Part shown: positions 38,288 to 47,240 of the stretch, piece after piece | Numbering within the stretch: the first letter of the stretch is position 1 | Layout: the number at the start of each line of letters is the position of its first letter | The notes under the pieces: model-generated | The model's database searches: none | Told to the model about the DNA's origin: nothing | What the model saw: only the letters and a program-made list of their open reading frames with translations | Made by a program: the position numbers and the translations under genes | DNA from: an uncultured Ignavibacteriales bacterium | Lineage (GTDB): Bacteria; Zixibacteria; MSB-5A5; GN15; FEB-12 | NCBI GenBank assembly: GCA_964464605.1 | Contig: CAYXJN010000001.1 | Span: forward strand, 67,068 to 131,067 | Reading direction: 5' to 3' | DNA: 64,000 nucleotides

Positions 38288-39190
38288 ATGGCTGCCAGAA
38301 ACATAGAACTCAAAGTCGGGATTGTTGTCCTGATTGGCCTGATCGTGCTTTTCGGCTCACTCTACTGGCTGAAAGCATACCAGTCAGAACAAAGCATCCA
38401 ACGCATTACCGTGCGCTTCAAAGATGTCGGTGCGCTTGGACCGGGTGATCGCGTTACGGTATCCGGTGTGGAGATGGGGAAAGTAACCAAGCTGCATTTG
38501 CAGCCGAACGGCGTTGACGTGGAATTAGTGCTTGATAAAAGCGTCTCGTTATCCCGTGATTCCCGGTTCGTTATTAAAAATATGGGACTGATGGGTGAGC
38601 GGTTTATCGCAATCTCACCGGGAGTCGAAACTGAACTGCTGGATCTGAAACAACCGATTACCGGCGAATATGACAGCGGATTGCCGGAAGTGATGGGACT
38701 AATGGGTGAAATGGTGGTCGAATTGAAAGATTTAGTGAGTTCGTTGAAATCATCGGTCGGCTCGAATTCATCACTGACGAAATTTTCCAATATGGTCACG
38801 AATTTAGAGCAGGTATCGGGCTCACTGCAGCGGTATATGGCCAGCAACGAGAGTAAGCTTGACGATATCACTAACAATTTCCTGACCGCATCACAGCGAT
38901 TGAATCGATCTATCACTACGAATGCAACGAAGATCGATTCCACCGCCGCACGGTTTGACCGGATGAGTGTCAGTTTGGAAACATTGGTAAATCGTCTTGA
39001 TACCGTTTCCATTTCCGCGCGTAAACTGGCGGATCAAATAGATAACGGCGATGGTACCGTGCAGGCTTTATTAGAAGACCGCCGTTTGTATGATGATTTG
39101 CGCAAAGCCGCAGATAATATGGATGATCTTATCGCTGATATCCGTGCCAATCCGGAACGGTATTTGAAAATCAAAGTGAGTCTGTTTTAA
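38288..39190 (+). CDS. MlaD/MCE family protein
   Basis: ELKVG plus TM, VGALGPGDRVTVSGVEMGKV, MGLMGERFIAISPG, helical C-terminus. Confidence 0.88.
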   Translation: MAARNIELKVGIVVLIGLIVLFGSLYWLKAYQSEQSIQRITVRFKDVGALGPGDRVTVSGVEMGKVTKLHLQPNGVDVELVLDKSVSLSRDSRFVIKNMGLMGERFIAISPGVETELLDLKQPITGEYDSGLPEVMGLMGEMVVELKDLVSSLKSSVGSNSSLTKFSNMVTNLEQVSGSLQRYMASNESKLDDITNNFLTASQRLNRSITTNATKIDSTAARFDRMSVSLETLVNRLDTVSISARKLADQIDNGDGTVQALLEDRRLYDDLRKAADNMDDLIADIRANPERYLKIKVSLF

Positions 39191-39192
39191 CG

Positions 39193-41361
39193 ATGGGTAA
39201 GTTTACTCTCGCGCTCGGGCTGCATAATCATCAACCGGTCGGTAATTTCGATTCTGTTTTTACCATGGCGCATACGAAGTCCTACGCGCCGTTCGTGCAG
39301 TTGCTGTTGGAACATCCGTCAATTCGCTGCTCGATTCATCAATCCGGAATTTTGTGGAACTGGCAATTAGCGAGGCATCCGGAATATTTCGATGCTATTC
39401 GCACCCTGCTCGGCCGCAACCAGATCGAAGTGATGACCGGCGGATTTTATGAACCAATTCTTCCCGCTATTCCGGAACGGGATATCGATGGTCAGATTCA
39501 TAAGCTCACTGATTTTCTTTCTGAGCATTTTCATATAAAAGCAACCGGCCTTTGGCTAACCGAACGGGTGTGGGAACCATACTTAGCAAAACCACTGGCA
39601 AAAGCGGGTGTGAAATATCTCCCTGTTGATGACACCCATTTTCTGTATGCCGGATTAACGCCGAATCAACTGACCGGTCCGTTTATGACTGAACATGAAG
39701 GACACACGGTCACACTTCTCCCGATTCAAAAACGGTTACGCTATCTGATTCCGTTCGGCGAAATGAATGATCTGTTCGATGAATTAAAACGTCAGGCGGA
39801 GAAACATCCGGATGGACTCGCCGTTTACGCCGACGACGGTGAAAAATTCGGCGTCTGGCCAAATACGTATGAACTCTGCTATGAATATAAATGGCTTGAA
39901 CAGTTTTTTGAAGCGCTCGAACAAAACAGCGACTGGCTGCAAACGGCGCCGTTGCAGGATGCTGCCGCACGGCCATTGGCGGGACGGGTGTATTTACCGG
40001 CGGCATCGTACGCGGAGATGCTTCACTGGGCACTTCCTACAAACAGCATGCTGACACTCGAAAAATTCGAAGAGCTGCTTTTGAAAGAAAAAAAACTGGA
40101 TGAATTCGGCAGCTTCGTGCGCGGTGGTGTCTGGCGCGGGTTTTTGGCCAAATATGAAGAAGCGAATTTACTCCATAAAAAGATGACGCTGCTGTCGCAT
40201 AGACTGGATGCTTTCGAACGCGCGTTTCCGGAAAAGAAAACGGAAGCGGAAGCGATTCGGGAACATCTGTACGCCGGACAGTGCAACTGTCCCTACTGGC
40301 ATGGTGTATTCGGCGGTTTGTATCTGCCGCATCTCAGGCAGGGTGTGTACGGTGAGTTAATCGCCGCAGAACGTGAACTGGATAAACTGAGTGACAGCAA
40401 CGGTCGTGCTCGCCAACTCGATTTCGATGCTGACGGTAAACAAGAGGTATTGGTTTCGACGAATGCCTTTTCTGCCTTGTTCAAACCGTCACGCGGCGGC
40501 TCATTGCATGATTTGTCGCTCAAGAAACATCAATTCCCCGTTACCGATACGTTGACCCGCCGACCGGAAGCATACCACAAAAATCTCAGCAAAGCGGTAA
40601 CCAAAGAGATGGCAACCAAGACGGCATCGATTCACGATCTGGTACTAACCAAAGAACCGAATTTGGAACGATTTCTGGTAGATGATTGGTATATGAAACG
40701 ATGCTTTATCGATCACTTCTTCACTGGTGATGTCGATTTGGAACGTTTCAAATCCGGCAAGTTCGGCGAAGAAGGGGATTTCATTTTAGAGCCGTACGAA
40801 CTGCTCGAAGCATCTTCCGCTCAGTTGCTTCGCATGCAGCGAAATGGACATCTCTGGCGACCGGGAGAAATTATTCCGGTCACGATTACCAAAGAGTTCC
40901 GGTTCGATGACAGCGACGGTATCGCGGTTTCTTACAAACTCTTGACCACTCACCCGTATCCGATAATGGTACGCTTCGGTATCGAAACCAATTTTAATTT
41001 CCAGGCAGGGCATGCCCACGACCGATACGTGCTGGTGAACGGAAACCGTCCGTTCGACAGCTTTTTAGATTCCGTTGCTGAAGACCGGGAAATCGGGAAT
41101 GTGACGCTGGTAGATGAATACTTAGACTTGGCCGTTTCATTGACTGCCGACCGCCCCGCGATAAACTGGCGGTTGCCGATTTACACTGTCTCGCAATCAG
41201 AAGAAGGTTTCGAGAAAGTCTTTCAGGGCACAACGCTGGTTAGCTTGTATGAGCTTACCCTTACCGGCCAGCCGACCGAACTCGACTTTTTCCTCTTCGC
41301 AGGAAGAAAAAACCTCCTCCCCTCAACTGCTTTCAGCACTGAATTTTCTGCCAAGCGATAA
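39193..41361 (+). CDS. GH57 alpha-amylase/4-alpha-glucanotransferase (DUF1925/DUF1926 architecture)
   Basis: HNHQP, GGFYEPIL, GLWLTERVWEP, YADDGEKFGVWP, QCNCPYWHGVFGGLYLPHLR. Confidence 0.9.
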   Translation: MGKFTLALGLHNHQPVGNFDSVFTMAHTKSYAPFVQLLLEHPSIRCSIHQSGILWNWQLARHPEYFDAIRTLLGRNQIEVMTGGFYEPILPAIPERDIDGQIHKLTDFLSEHFHIKATGLWLTERVWEPYLAKPLAKAGVKYLPVDDTHFLYAGLTPNQLTGPFMTEHEGHTVTLLPIQKRLRYLIPFGEMNDLFDELKRQAEKHPDGLAVYADDGEKFGVWPNTYELCYEYKWLEQFFEALEQNSDWLQTAPLQDAAARPLAGRVYLPAASYAEMLHWALPTNSMLTLEKFEELLLKEKKLDEFGSFVRGGVWRGFLAKYEEANLLHKKMTLLSHRLDAFERAFPEKKTEAEAIREHLYAGQCNCPYWHGVFGGLYLPHLRQGVYGELIAAERELDKLSDSNGRARQLDFDADGKQEVLVSTNAFSALFKPSRGGSLHDLSLKKHQFPVTDTLTRRPEAYHKNLSKAVTKEMATKTASIHDLVLTKEPNLERFLVDDWYMKRCFIDHFFTGDVDLERFKSGKFGEEGDFILEPYELLEASSAQLLRMQRNGHLWRPGEIIPVTITKEFRFDDSDGIAVSYKLLTTHPYPIMVRFGIETNFNFQAGHAHDRYVLVNGNRPFDSFLDSVAEDREIGNVTLVDEYLDLAVSLTADRPAINWRLPIYTVSQSEEGFEKVFQGTTLVSLYELTLTGQPTELDFFLFAGRKNLLPSTAFSTEFSAKR

Positions 41362-41376
41362 CCCGCTAATTTCAGC

Positions 41377-41405
41377 TTGGCCTTCCCGTAGTTGAACAGT
41401 ACCTT
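41377..41405 (+). promoter_or_regulatory. Sigma70-type promoter, probably leaderless (cobB)
   Basis: TTGGCC-17-TACCTT, 6 nt before ATG 41412. Confidence 0.5.
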
Positions 41406-41411
41406 TTGTCC

Positions 41412-42182
41412 ATGATTGAACGTGCGGTCGATATTCTCCGTCACAGCCGGAACTGTGCTATTTTGACCGGCGCCGGAATTTCAGCCGAATCAAATGTGCC
41501 GACATTTCGCGGCAAAGAGGGGCTTTGGGGGAAATTCAAACCGGAAGAACTTGCTACAATGGAAGCGTTTGTCGCTAACCCGAAAATCGTTTGGGAGTGG
41601 TATAACTGGCGACGGGAGCTTATGCGATCCGTTCAGCCAAATGCCGGACATTACGCCCTGTGGGACATGGAAAAAACGTTCGACCACTTTACCCTTATGA
41701 CTCAGAATGTCGACGGACTCCACCGTCAGGCGTGGCTAAGTCGAAACGAGAATGTTTCTGACACCGTACTTGACAACCTGCTTGAGCTGCATGGGAATAT
41801 AAACGCCAACAAATGCATCGACTGCGGCACTCCGTGCGATCTGGATAACGATATAGACCCGAAAAACATTCCGAAATGCGCCAAATGTGGTGGAAAAATC
41901 CGGCCGGATGTGGTCTGGTTCGGGGAGATGCTCGACCCGGACGTTATCGACCGGGCTTTTGTCGAGTCGGAGCAGGCGGAAGTCTTTTTGGTGGTGGGTA
42001 CTTCTGCCCTCGTCCACCCGGCCGCTTCCTTGCCGGTGTCGGCAAAGCGGTACGGGGCGGCGGTAATTGAGATAAACTTGGAAGAAACGCCCTTAAGCGA
42101 ATTCGCTGACGTTACCCTGCGGGGGAAATCGGGCAGTATTTTACCTGAACTCGTGAGCCAGTTAAACGGTTACAATGCGTAG
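41412..42182 (+). CDS. cobB: NAD-dependent protein deacylase (sirtuin)
   Basis: LTGAGISAESNVPTFRG, TQNVDGLH, HG, CxxC...CxxC, RPDVVWFGE, GTSALVHPAA. Confidence 0.95.
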   Translation: MIERAVDILRHSRNCAILTGAGISAESNVPTFRGKEGLWGKFKPEELATMEAFVANPKIVWEWYNWRRELMRSVQPNAGHYALWDMEKTFDHFTLMTQNVDGLHRQAWLSRNENVSDTVLDNLLELHGNINANKCIDCGTPCDLDNDIDPKNIPKCAKCGGKIRPDVVWFGEMLDPDVIDRAFVESEQAEVFLVVGTSALVHPAASLPVSAKRYGAAVIEINLEETPLSEFADVTLRGKSGSILPELVSQLNGYNA

Positions 42183-42238
42183 ACAGTCGAAACCGTTTAA
42201 CCCTCTGTGCGTACAAGCGATATGAGTATTTGTTAAGC

Positions 42239-44392
42239 ATGCTCCGACTTCACACCAAATCCCGATTGTTTGCAGCAGTAATCCTGCTGCTGGTGAGTAC
42301 ATTTGCGTTCAGCGGGTGTGTCTATTTCAACACCTTTTACAACGCCCGGAAATCATTTAGAAACGCCGAAAAAAGTCGCAAAAATTCACCCGACCCGAAA
42401 TCAAAAGGGAATCGTCAGGAATACCAAAAAGCGATCGAAAAAGCGCTCAAAGTGGTTGAGAACCACCCCAATTCAAAATGGTACGATGACGCACTGTATG
42501 TGCTCGGTATATCCTACTACTACACAGACCAGTATTCAAAATCCGAACGGCGGATGCGGGAAATTTTGGCTAATTACCCGAATTCAAAGTATGCGTCCGA
42601 AGCCCGTTTGTATTCGGCTAAAGCGAAGCTGATGCAAAAAGATTACGACGATGCGATGGGTATTTTTGAGACCATCTTTCAGGAATCAAAAGATAAAAAG
42701 GAGAAAGCCGAGGCGGCATCCGCACTCGGTTACTATTACTACGAAAATAAACGATACACGGAGGCACAGTCTTATCTGTTAGCAATTCGCGATTCACTGG
42801 GAGATGAAAAACAGCGGATTACCGCGCAGCAATACGTTGCCGATTCCTACTACGATAACTTCGCCTACGCCAACGCACTCAGCGCCTATCTGCAAATGCT
42901 CGGCATGAAACCGGACACCTGGCAGAAGTATCACGCGCTTTCCCACGCCGCAACCTGCGCCTACCGGCTCCAGCGAATTGAGGATGGTATCGACTATTTG
43001 AAAACATTGGCGGCTGATGAGCTCTATTTCGATTCTCTCGGCTCTATCAAACTGCGCCTTGCTGAAGGGTATCTGCAGGATGAAAACATTCCGGGTGCGG
43101 AGTTAGTGTATCAGGATATTATCGAAAAAGAAAAAAATAATCAAGTTGTTGGTGAAGCATTCTACCAGCTTGGGCTCATCGCACAATTCGAAGATGACAA
43201 TCTTGCTATGGCGCGCAAACAATATGACACCGCTGCGACGCTGTTAGGACGCGGCAGCAACGAAATTTCGCAGGATGCGCTCCAGCGCGCCAACGATATC
43301 GGCAAGCTGGATGAGTACCGGAAAAAATTCGTTTTCGATTCCACAACGACTATCGAAAAAATCGATGAAGCGGCGATGACCCATATTCTACTTGCCGATT
43401 TATACTGGCAAAAACTGAATAAACCGGACAGCGCCATATTTGAACTGAAATACCTGATCGACAGCCTGCCGACCTCGACTCATGTGCCTGAAGCGATGAT
43501 AACGTTGTCAAATTTGTATCGGGAATACAAAGCCGATACACTCGGCGCGGATTCGATATTGCGGGAGATGCTGGCTAATCATGCTCAAGCCGACGAAGCA
43601 TCCCGGGCGATTGCGCTTTTAGGCATAACCGGAACACCGGCCGATACGGGGTACGCGAAGTTCTATATCGACAAAGCGGAAAGGTTTTTGGTGGATGAAA
43701 AAAATCCGGATTCAGCGCGGGTCTATTACGAAGAAGTAATCAAGCGATTCCCGGAATCAAAATATTATGACCAGGCGAGTTTCGCCGTCATCTGGTTGAC
43801 CGAAGAATACGCAAGTCCCGGGGATTCATCGTTGATTTTTGCCTATGAAGATTTTATCGATTCCTTCCCGACCTCGTTGTATGTCAACGAAGCGCGGCAT
43901 CGAATCCAACCACCCGTGGTAAAGTCTAAGCCAACACCGGGCAGTTCCTCACATGATGATGCTGAAACGATAGACACTGTTATAGAAACCGGTACAGACA
44001 CACTTCGAGATACCTCTGGACAGGTTCCGGACACCGCAGTCGATATCACCCGCGGCCATGCGAGTATTTATGTCGGGCCGGATGGTGACTCGCTTGAACT
44101 GCTGCCCAGTAACGTATCAATTGAGGAAGTAAAAGATACCTTTGCCTTTCCGGAAGCCGCCCGTGGAAGAGCGGATGAGGTCTATGTACTTTATTTTCAG
44201 ATCAAGCTTGATTTTTCAGGCAAAGTTGAGAATTATCAGTTGAAAAACAAGACTGACATTTCTGAACTCAATGAGGAAGCAGAAAAAGCGGTCGCATCCA
44301 CGACATTCCGCACGATCGACATACCGGATCGATTACGCGGAAAATGGGTTGTCTACAAGTATACGATCAGGAGACCGGAACATCTCAGATGA
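42239..44392 (+). CDS. TPR-repeat lipoprotein with a C-terminal TonB_C-like domain
   Basis: Lipobox FAFSGC; many TPR helices (DDALYVLG, AFYQLG, YEEVIKRFPES); tail FPEAARG...FQIKLDFSGKV...LNEEAEKAV. Confidence 0.75.
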   Translation: MLRLHTKSRLFAAVILLLVSTFAFSGCVYFNTFYNARKSFRNAEKSRKNSPDPKSKGNRQEYQKAIEKALKVVENHPNSKWYDDALYVLGISYYYTDQYSKSERRMREILANYPNSKYASEARLYSAKAKLMQKDYDDAMGIFETIFQESKDKKEKAEAASALGYYYYENKRYTEAQSYLLAIRDSLGDEKQRITAQQYVADSYYDNFAYANALSAYLQMLGMKPDTWQKYHALSHAATCAYRLQRIEDGIDYLKTLAADELYFDSLGSIKLRLAEGYLQDENIPGAELVYQDIIEKEKNNQVVGEAFYQLGLIAQFEDDNLAMARKQYDTAATLLGRGSNEISQDALQRANDIGKLDEYRKKFVFDSTTTIEKIDEAAMTHILLADLYWQKLNKPDSAIFELKYLIDSLPTSTHVPEAMITLSNLYREYKADTLGADSILREMLANHAQADEASRAIALLGITGTPADTGYAKFYIDKAERFLVDEKNPDSARVYYEEVIKRFPESKYYDQASFAVIWLTEEYASPGDSSLIFAYEDFIDSFPTSLYVNEARHRIQPPVVKSKPTPGSSSHDDAETIDTVIETGTDTLRDTSGQVPDTAVDITRGHASIYVGPDGDSLELLPSNVSIEEVKDTFAFPEAARGRADEVYVLYFQIKLDFSGKVENYQLKNKTDISELNEEAEKAVASTTFRTIDIPDRLRGKWVVYKYTIRRPEHLR

Positions 44393-45189
44393 CCTACACT
44401 GCCTGCGAGGAAACACTCGTAACCAGAAAACGGGACCTCAAAAACAATTACTATTCGCTGACTTTTGCGCCGTTCTCTCAGGCGAAGCTTTGCCTGCCGG
44501 GCCAGTTTGTGCATATCAAACTGGAATCGAGCGAAATCATGTTCCGCCGCGCCTTTTCGGTGGCATCGGTCAATCCGGCAAAAAAAGAAATCGAATTGAT
44601 TTTCAAAATCTTCGGACGCGGCACCAAAATTATGGGGGCGCTTCATGTCGGCGATACGGTCAACTGTCTCGGTCCGCTCGGCAACTCATTCACGCTTCCG
44701 AAGAAAAATGAGCCGACAGTTATGGTAGCCGGCGGAATCGGTTTTCCGCCGCTTCTGTTTTTGGCAACGCAGATGATCGCCAAAGGACACAACCCAAAAC
44801 AGATTCATTTCTTTTACGGCGGCCGTTCCGGCAACGACATTATCGAGCGACAGCGTATTAAACAGCTCGGTATCAATTTTATTCCAGTTACACAGGATGG
44901 CAGCTTCGGCCAAAAAGGGCTCGTCACCAAACCGGCTGAAGATTTGATAAACAAAATGCTGCAAGCAAAACAGCAGCCGCATCTCTATAGCTGCGGACCT
45001 GAGGCGATGCTTCATGCTGTCGATACACTCGGTGTGAAATACAATCTCAAAGGACAATTAGCCATCGAAGCGCCTATGCCCTGCGGCGTAGGAGTCTGTT
45101 TAGGCTGTATCGTTCCGCTTACCAAAGGTGGTCATTTGCGGGTCTGTTACGAAGGTCCGGTAGTAGGATTCGGACAGGTGGTGTTATGA
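44389..45189 (+). CDS. pyrK: Dihydroorotate dehydrogenase B electron-transfer subunit
   Basis: RRAFSV, GPLGNSF, VAGGIGFPPL, CGPEAM, MPCGVGVCLGC...C; ATGA overlap with the upstream stop. Confidence 0.93.
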   Translation: MTYTACEETLVTRKRDLKNNYYSLTFAPFSQAKLCLPGQFVHIKLESSEIMFRRAFSVASVNPAKKEIELIFKIFGRGTKIMGALHVGDTVNCLGPLGNSFTLPKKNEPTVMVAGGIGFPPLLFLATQMIAKGHNPKQIHFFYGGRSGNDIIERQRIKQLGINFIPVTQDGSFGQKGLVTKPAEDLINKMLQAKQQPHLYSCGPEAMLHAVDTLGVKYNLKGQLAIEAPMPCGVGVCLGCIVPLTKGGHLRVCYEGPVVGFGQVVL

Positions 45190-46100
45190 CACCGGATTTA
45201 CGGGTCACTATCGCCGGAGTCGAGTTCGCTAATCCGATTATGACTGCATCCGGTTGCTGCGGATACGGCGACGAATTAGCCAGTGTCTTTCCCCTTTCCA
45301 AGCTCGGTGGATTGGTTACCAAATCGATTACCATCAAACCGCGGCTGGGGCATCCGGCTCCCCGCACGGCCGAAGTCGCGAGTGGTATGCTTAACGCTAT
45401 CGGATTGGCGAATGTCGGGGTCGATAAATTTATCGCCGACAAAATTCCATTCTTAGAAAAACAGAAAACGAAAATTATCGTCAATGTCGCCGGATGGTCG
45501 ATTGATGATTACGTGATTGTTTGCGAGCGCCTTAATGATGTCCCCCGCGCGGATATGGTGGAATTGAATTTCAGTTGCCCAAACGTGGAGGATGGACTAG
45601 AGTTTTCTTCGATTCCTTCACAAACTGAAAAAGCGGTGCGAGCAGTCAAGAAAGTATTCAAACGTCCGGTGGTGGCCAAACTTTCGCCGAATGTCACCAA
45701 CATCGGTGAAATAGCCAAAGGAGCGGAAGCAGGCGGCGCGGATGTGCTTTCCGTTATCAATTCGTTGATTGGCACCTCAATCGACATTAACACCCGCAAG
45801 CCGAGACTGACCAACAACCGGGGAGGATTGACCGGCCCGGCGGTAAAACCGGTCGCATTGGCGGCGGTAGATTCGGTTCGAAGATCGGTAAAACTTCCTA
45901 TCATTGGCATCGGCGGTATAGTAAATTACGCCGACGTAGTAGAGTTTCTTTTAGTTGGCGCAAGCGCGGTACAGGTGGGAACGGCGTTGTTTGTCTATCC
46001 CGATGCACCGGTGCGGATAGTTGAAGATCTAAAGAAATATCTCAAAGAAAAGAAACTGGCGTCAGTTTCGGAATTGATCGGCAAAGTAGAAAAGTATTGA
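45186..46100 (+). CDS. pyrD: Dihydroorotate dehydrogenase, family 1B catalytic subunit
   Basis: ASGCCGYG, MLNAIGLAN, ELNFSCPN, KLSPN, GGLTGPAVKP, GASAVQVGTA. Confidence 0.95.
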   Translation: MTPDLRVTIAGVEFANPIMTASGCCGYGDELASVFPLSKLGGLVTKSITIKPRLGHPAPRTAEVASGMLNAIGLANVGVDKFIADKIPFLEKQKTKIIVNVAGWSIDDYVIVCERLNDVPRADMVELNFSCPNVEDGLEFSSIPSQTEKAVRAVKKVFKRPVVAKLSPNVTNIGEIAKGAEAGGADVLSVINSLIGTSIDINTRKPRLTNNRGGLTGPAVKPVALAAVDSVRRSVKLPIIGIGGIVNYADVVEFLLVGASAVQVGTALFVYPDAPVRIVEDLKKYLKEKKLASVSELIGKVEKY

Positions 46101-46107
46101 GGCATAG

Positions 46108-47052
46108 ATGAGCGCGTTAAAAGATCTACAAAAAATACAGACGAAAAATAAATCCTATATCTGTTTGGGATTAGACCTCGACCCGAAAAAAATGCCCGGC
46201 GAATACGGCAATACGATGAAGGGAATGTTCGAGTTCACGCATCGTATTATCGACGCCACCGCCGACTTGGTCTGCGCCTACAAACCGAATCTTGCCTTTT
46301 ATGAATCACTCGGTCATGAAGGATTGTCGTTATTGAAGCTGATCGTTCAGCGTGTTCCGGAAGGAATCCCGGTTATTCTCGATGCCAAACGCGGAGATAT
46401 CGGCAACACAGCAGCGCAATATGCGATTTCGTTGTACGAAAAACTCGGCGCCCATTGGGTAACGCTGAGTCCGTATATGGGCTACGATTCGATTCGTCCC
46501 TTCTTGGAATACAAAGACAAGGGTGTATTCGTGCTCTGTTTAACTTCCGAGCCGGGCTGTAAAGATTTCCAGTATTTGAAAGTCGAAGGCGGTAAACCGC
46601 TCTATGAAGTAGTCGCTGAAAAAGTCGCCTATTGGAACAAGGAAGAAAATTGCGGTTTGGTAGTCGCGGCGACATCGCCGGATCAGATTCATCAGATTCG
46701 TCATATCGCCGGAGAGATGCCGCTGTTGATTCCCGGTGTTGGCGCTCAGGGTGGATCGCTTGAACATGCCGCTAAGGATGGTTCCGCTGATTTTACCAAA
46801 CCGGTTATTATCAACGTTTCCCGGTCGGTGTTGTATGCATCGCAGGAAATGGATTTCGCGCAACGCGCCCGTACCGAAATCGCCAAACTCACCGGTCAGA
46901 TCAACATGATGCGTCCTGACTTCCAAGCTCAACAGTCGCAACAAACCCAACAATCACAGCAGCAAGAACAAGCTGTCGCTGAAACTCAAACGCAGGTTGA
47001 AACAACCGCTTCTGATAACTCTCAAATAGCATCCGACCAGCAGGGACAGTAA
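46108..47052 (+). CDS. pyrF: Orotidine-5'-phosphate decarboxylase with a Gln-rich C-terminal tail
   Basis: CLGLDLD, YKPNLAFY, LDAKRGDIGNT, LIPGVGAQGG, INVSRSVLYAS. Confidence 0.95.
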   Translation: MSALKDLQKIQTKNKSYICLGLDLDPKKMPGEYGNTMKGMFEFTHRIIDATADLVCAYKPNLAFYESLGHEGLSLLKLIVQRVPEGIPVILDAKRGDIGNTAAQYAISLYEKLGAHWVTLSPYMGYDSIRPFLEYKDKGVFVLCLTSEPGCKDFQYLKVEGGKPLYEVVAEKVAYWNKEENCGLVVAATSPDQIHQIRHIAGEMPLLIPGVGAQGGSLEHAAKDGSADFTKPVIINVSRSVLYASQEMDFAQRARTEIAKLTGQINMMRPDFQAQQSQQTQQSQQQEQAVAETQTQVETTASDNSQIASDQQGQ

Positions 47053-47089
47053 CTCTTAATTATATTCCTTGTTTCGACTAGTGATCTTG

Positions 47090-47200
47090 GTAGGTCAAAA
47101 CCCTTATGGTTTTGACATCTCAATATAAGGTAGGGTCGCCCACAGCTTGCTGTGGGGTCCTTTCAATCGACGGACCCCATCCTGAAGGGTGGGACACCCA
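47090..47200. repeat. Cluster of GTAG-type REP-like palindromes
   Basis: GTAG-GTCAAAACC-CTTAT-GGTTTTGAC (47090-47116); GTAG-GGTCGCCCACAGC-TT-GCTGTGGGGTCC (47130-47160); degenerate inverted copy at 47172-47200. Confidence 0.6.
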
Positions 47201-47240
47201 ATCAAGAACCCGTCGCGCAAGCAACGAAAAAGTAACGACG

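Noticed and set aside
47053-47240. tRNA or IS end in the pyrF-rqcH gap
   Set aside because: No cloverleaf, T-loop consensus or CCA end, and no transposase nearby; better explained as REP-like palindromes.
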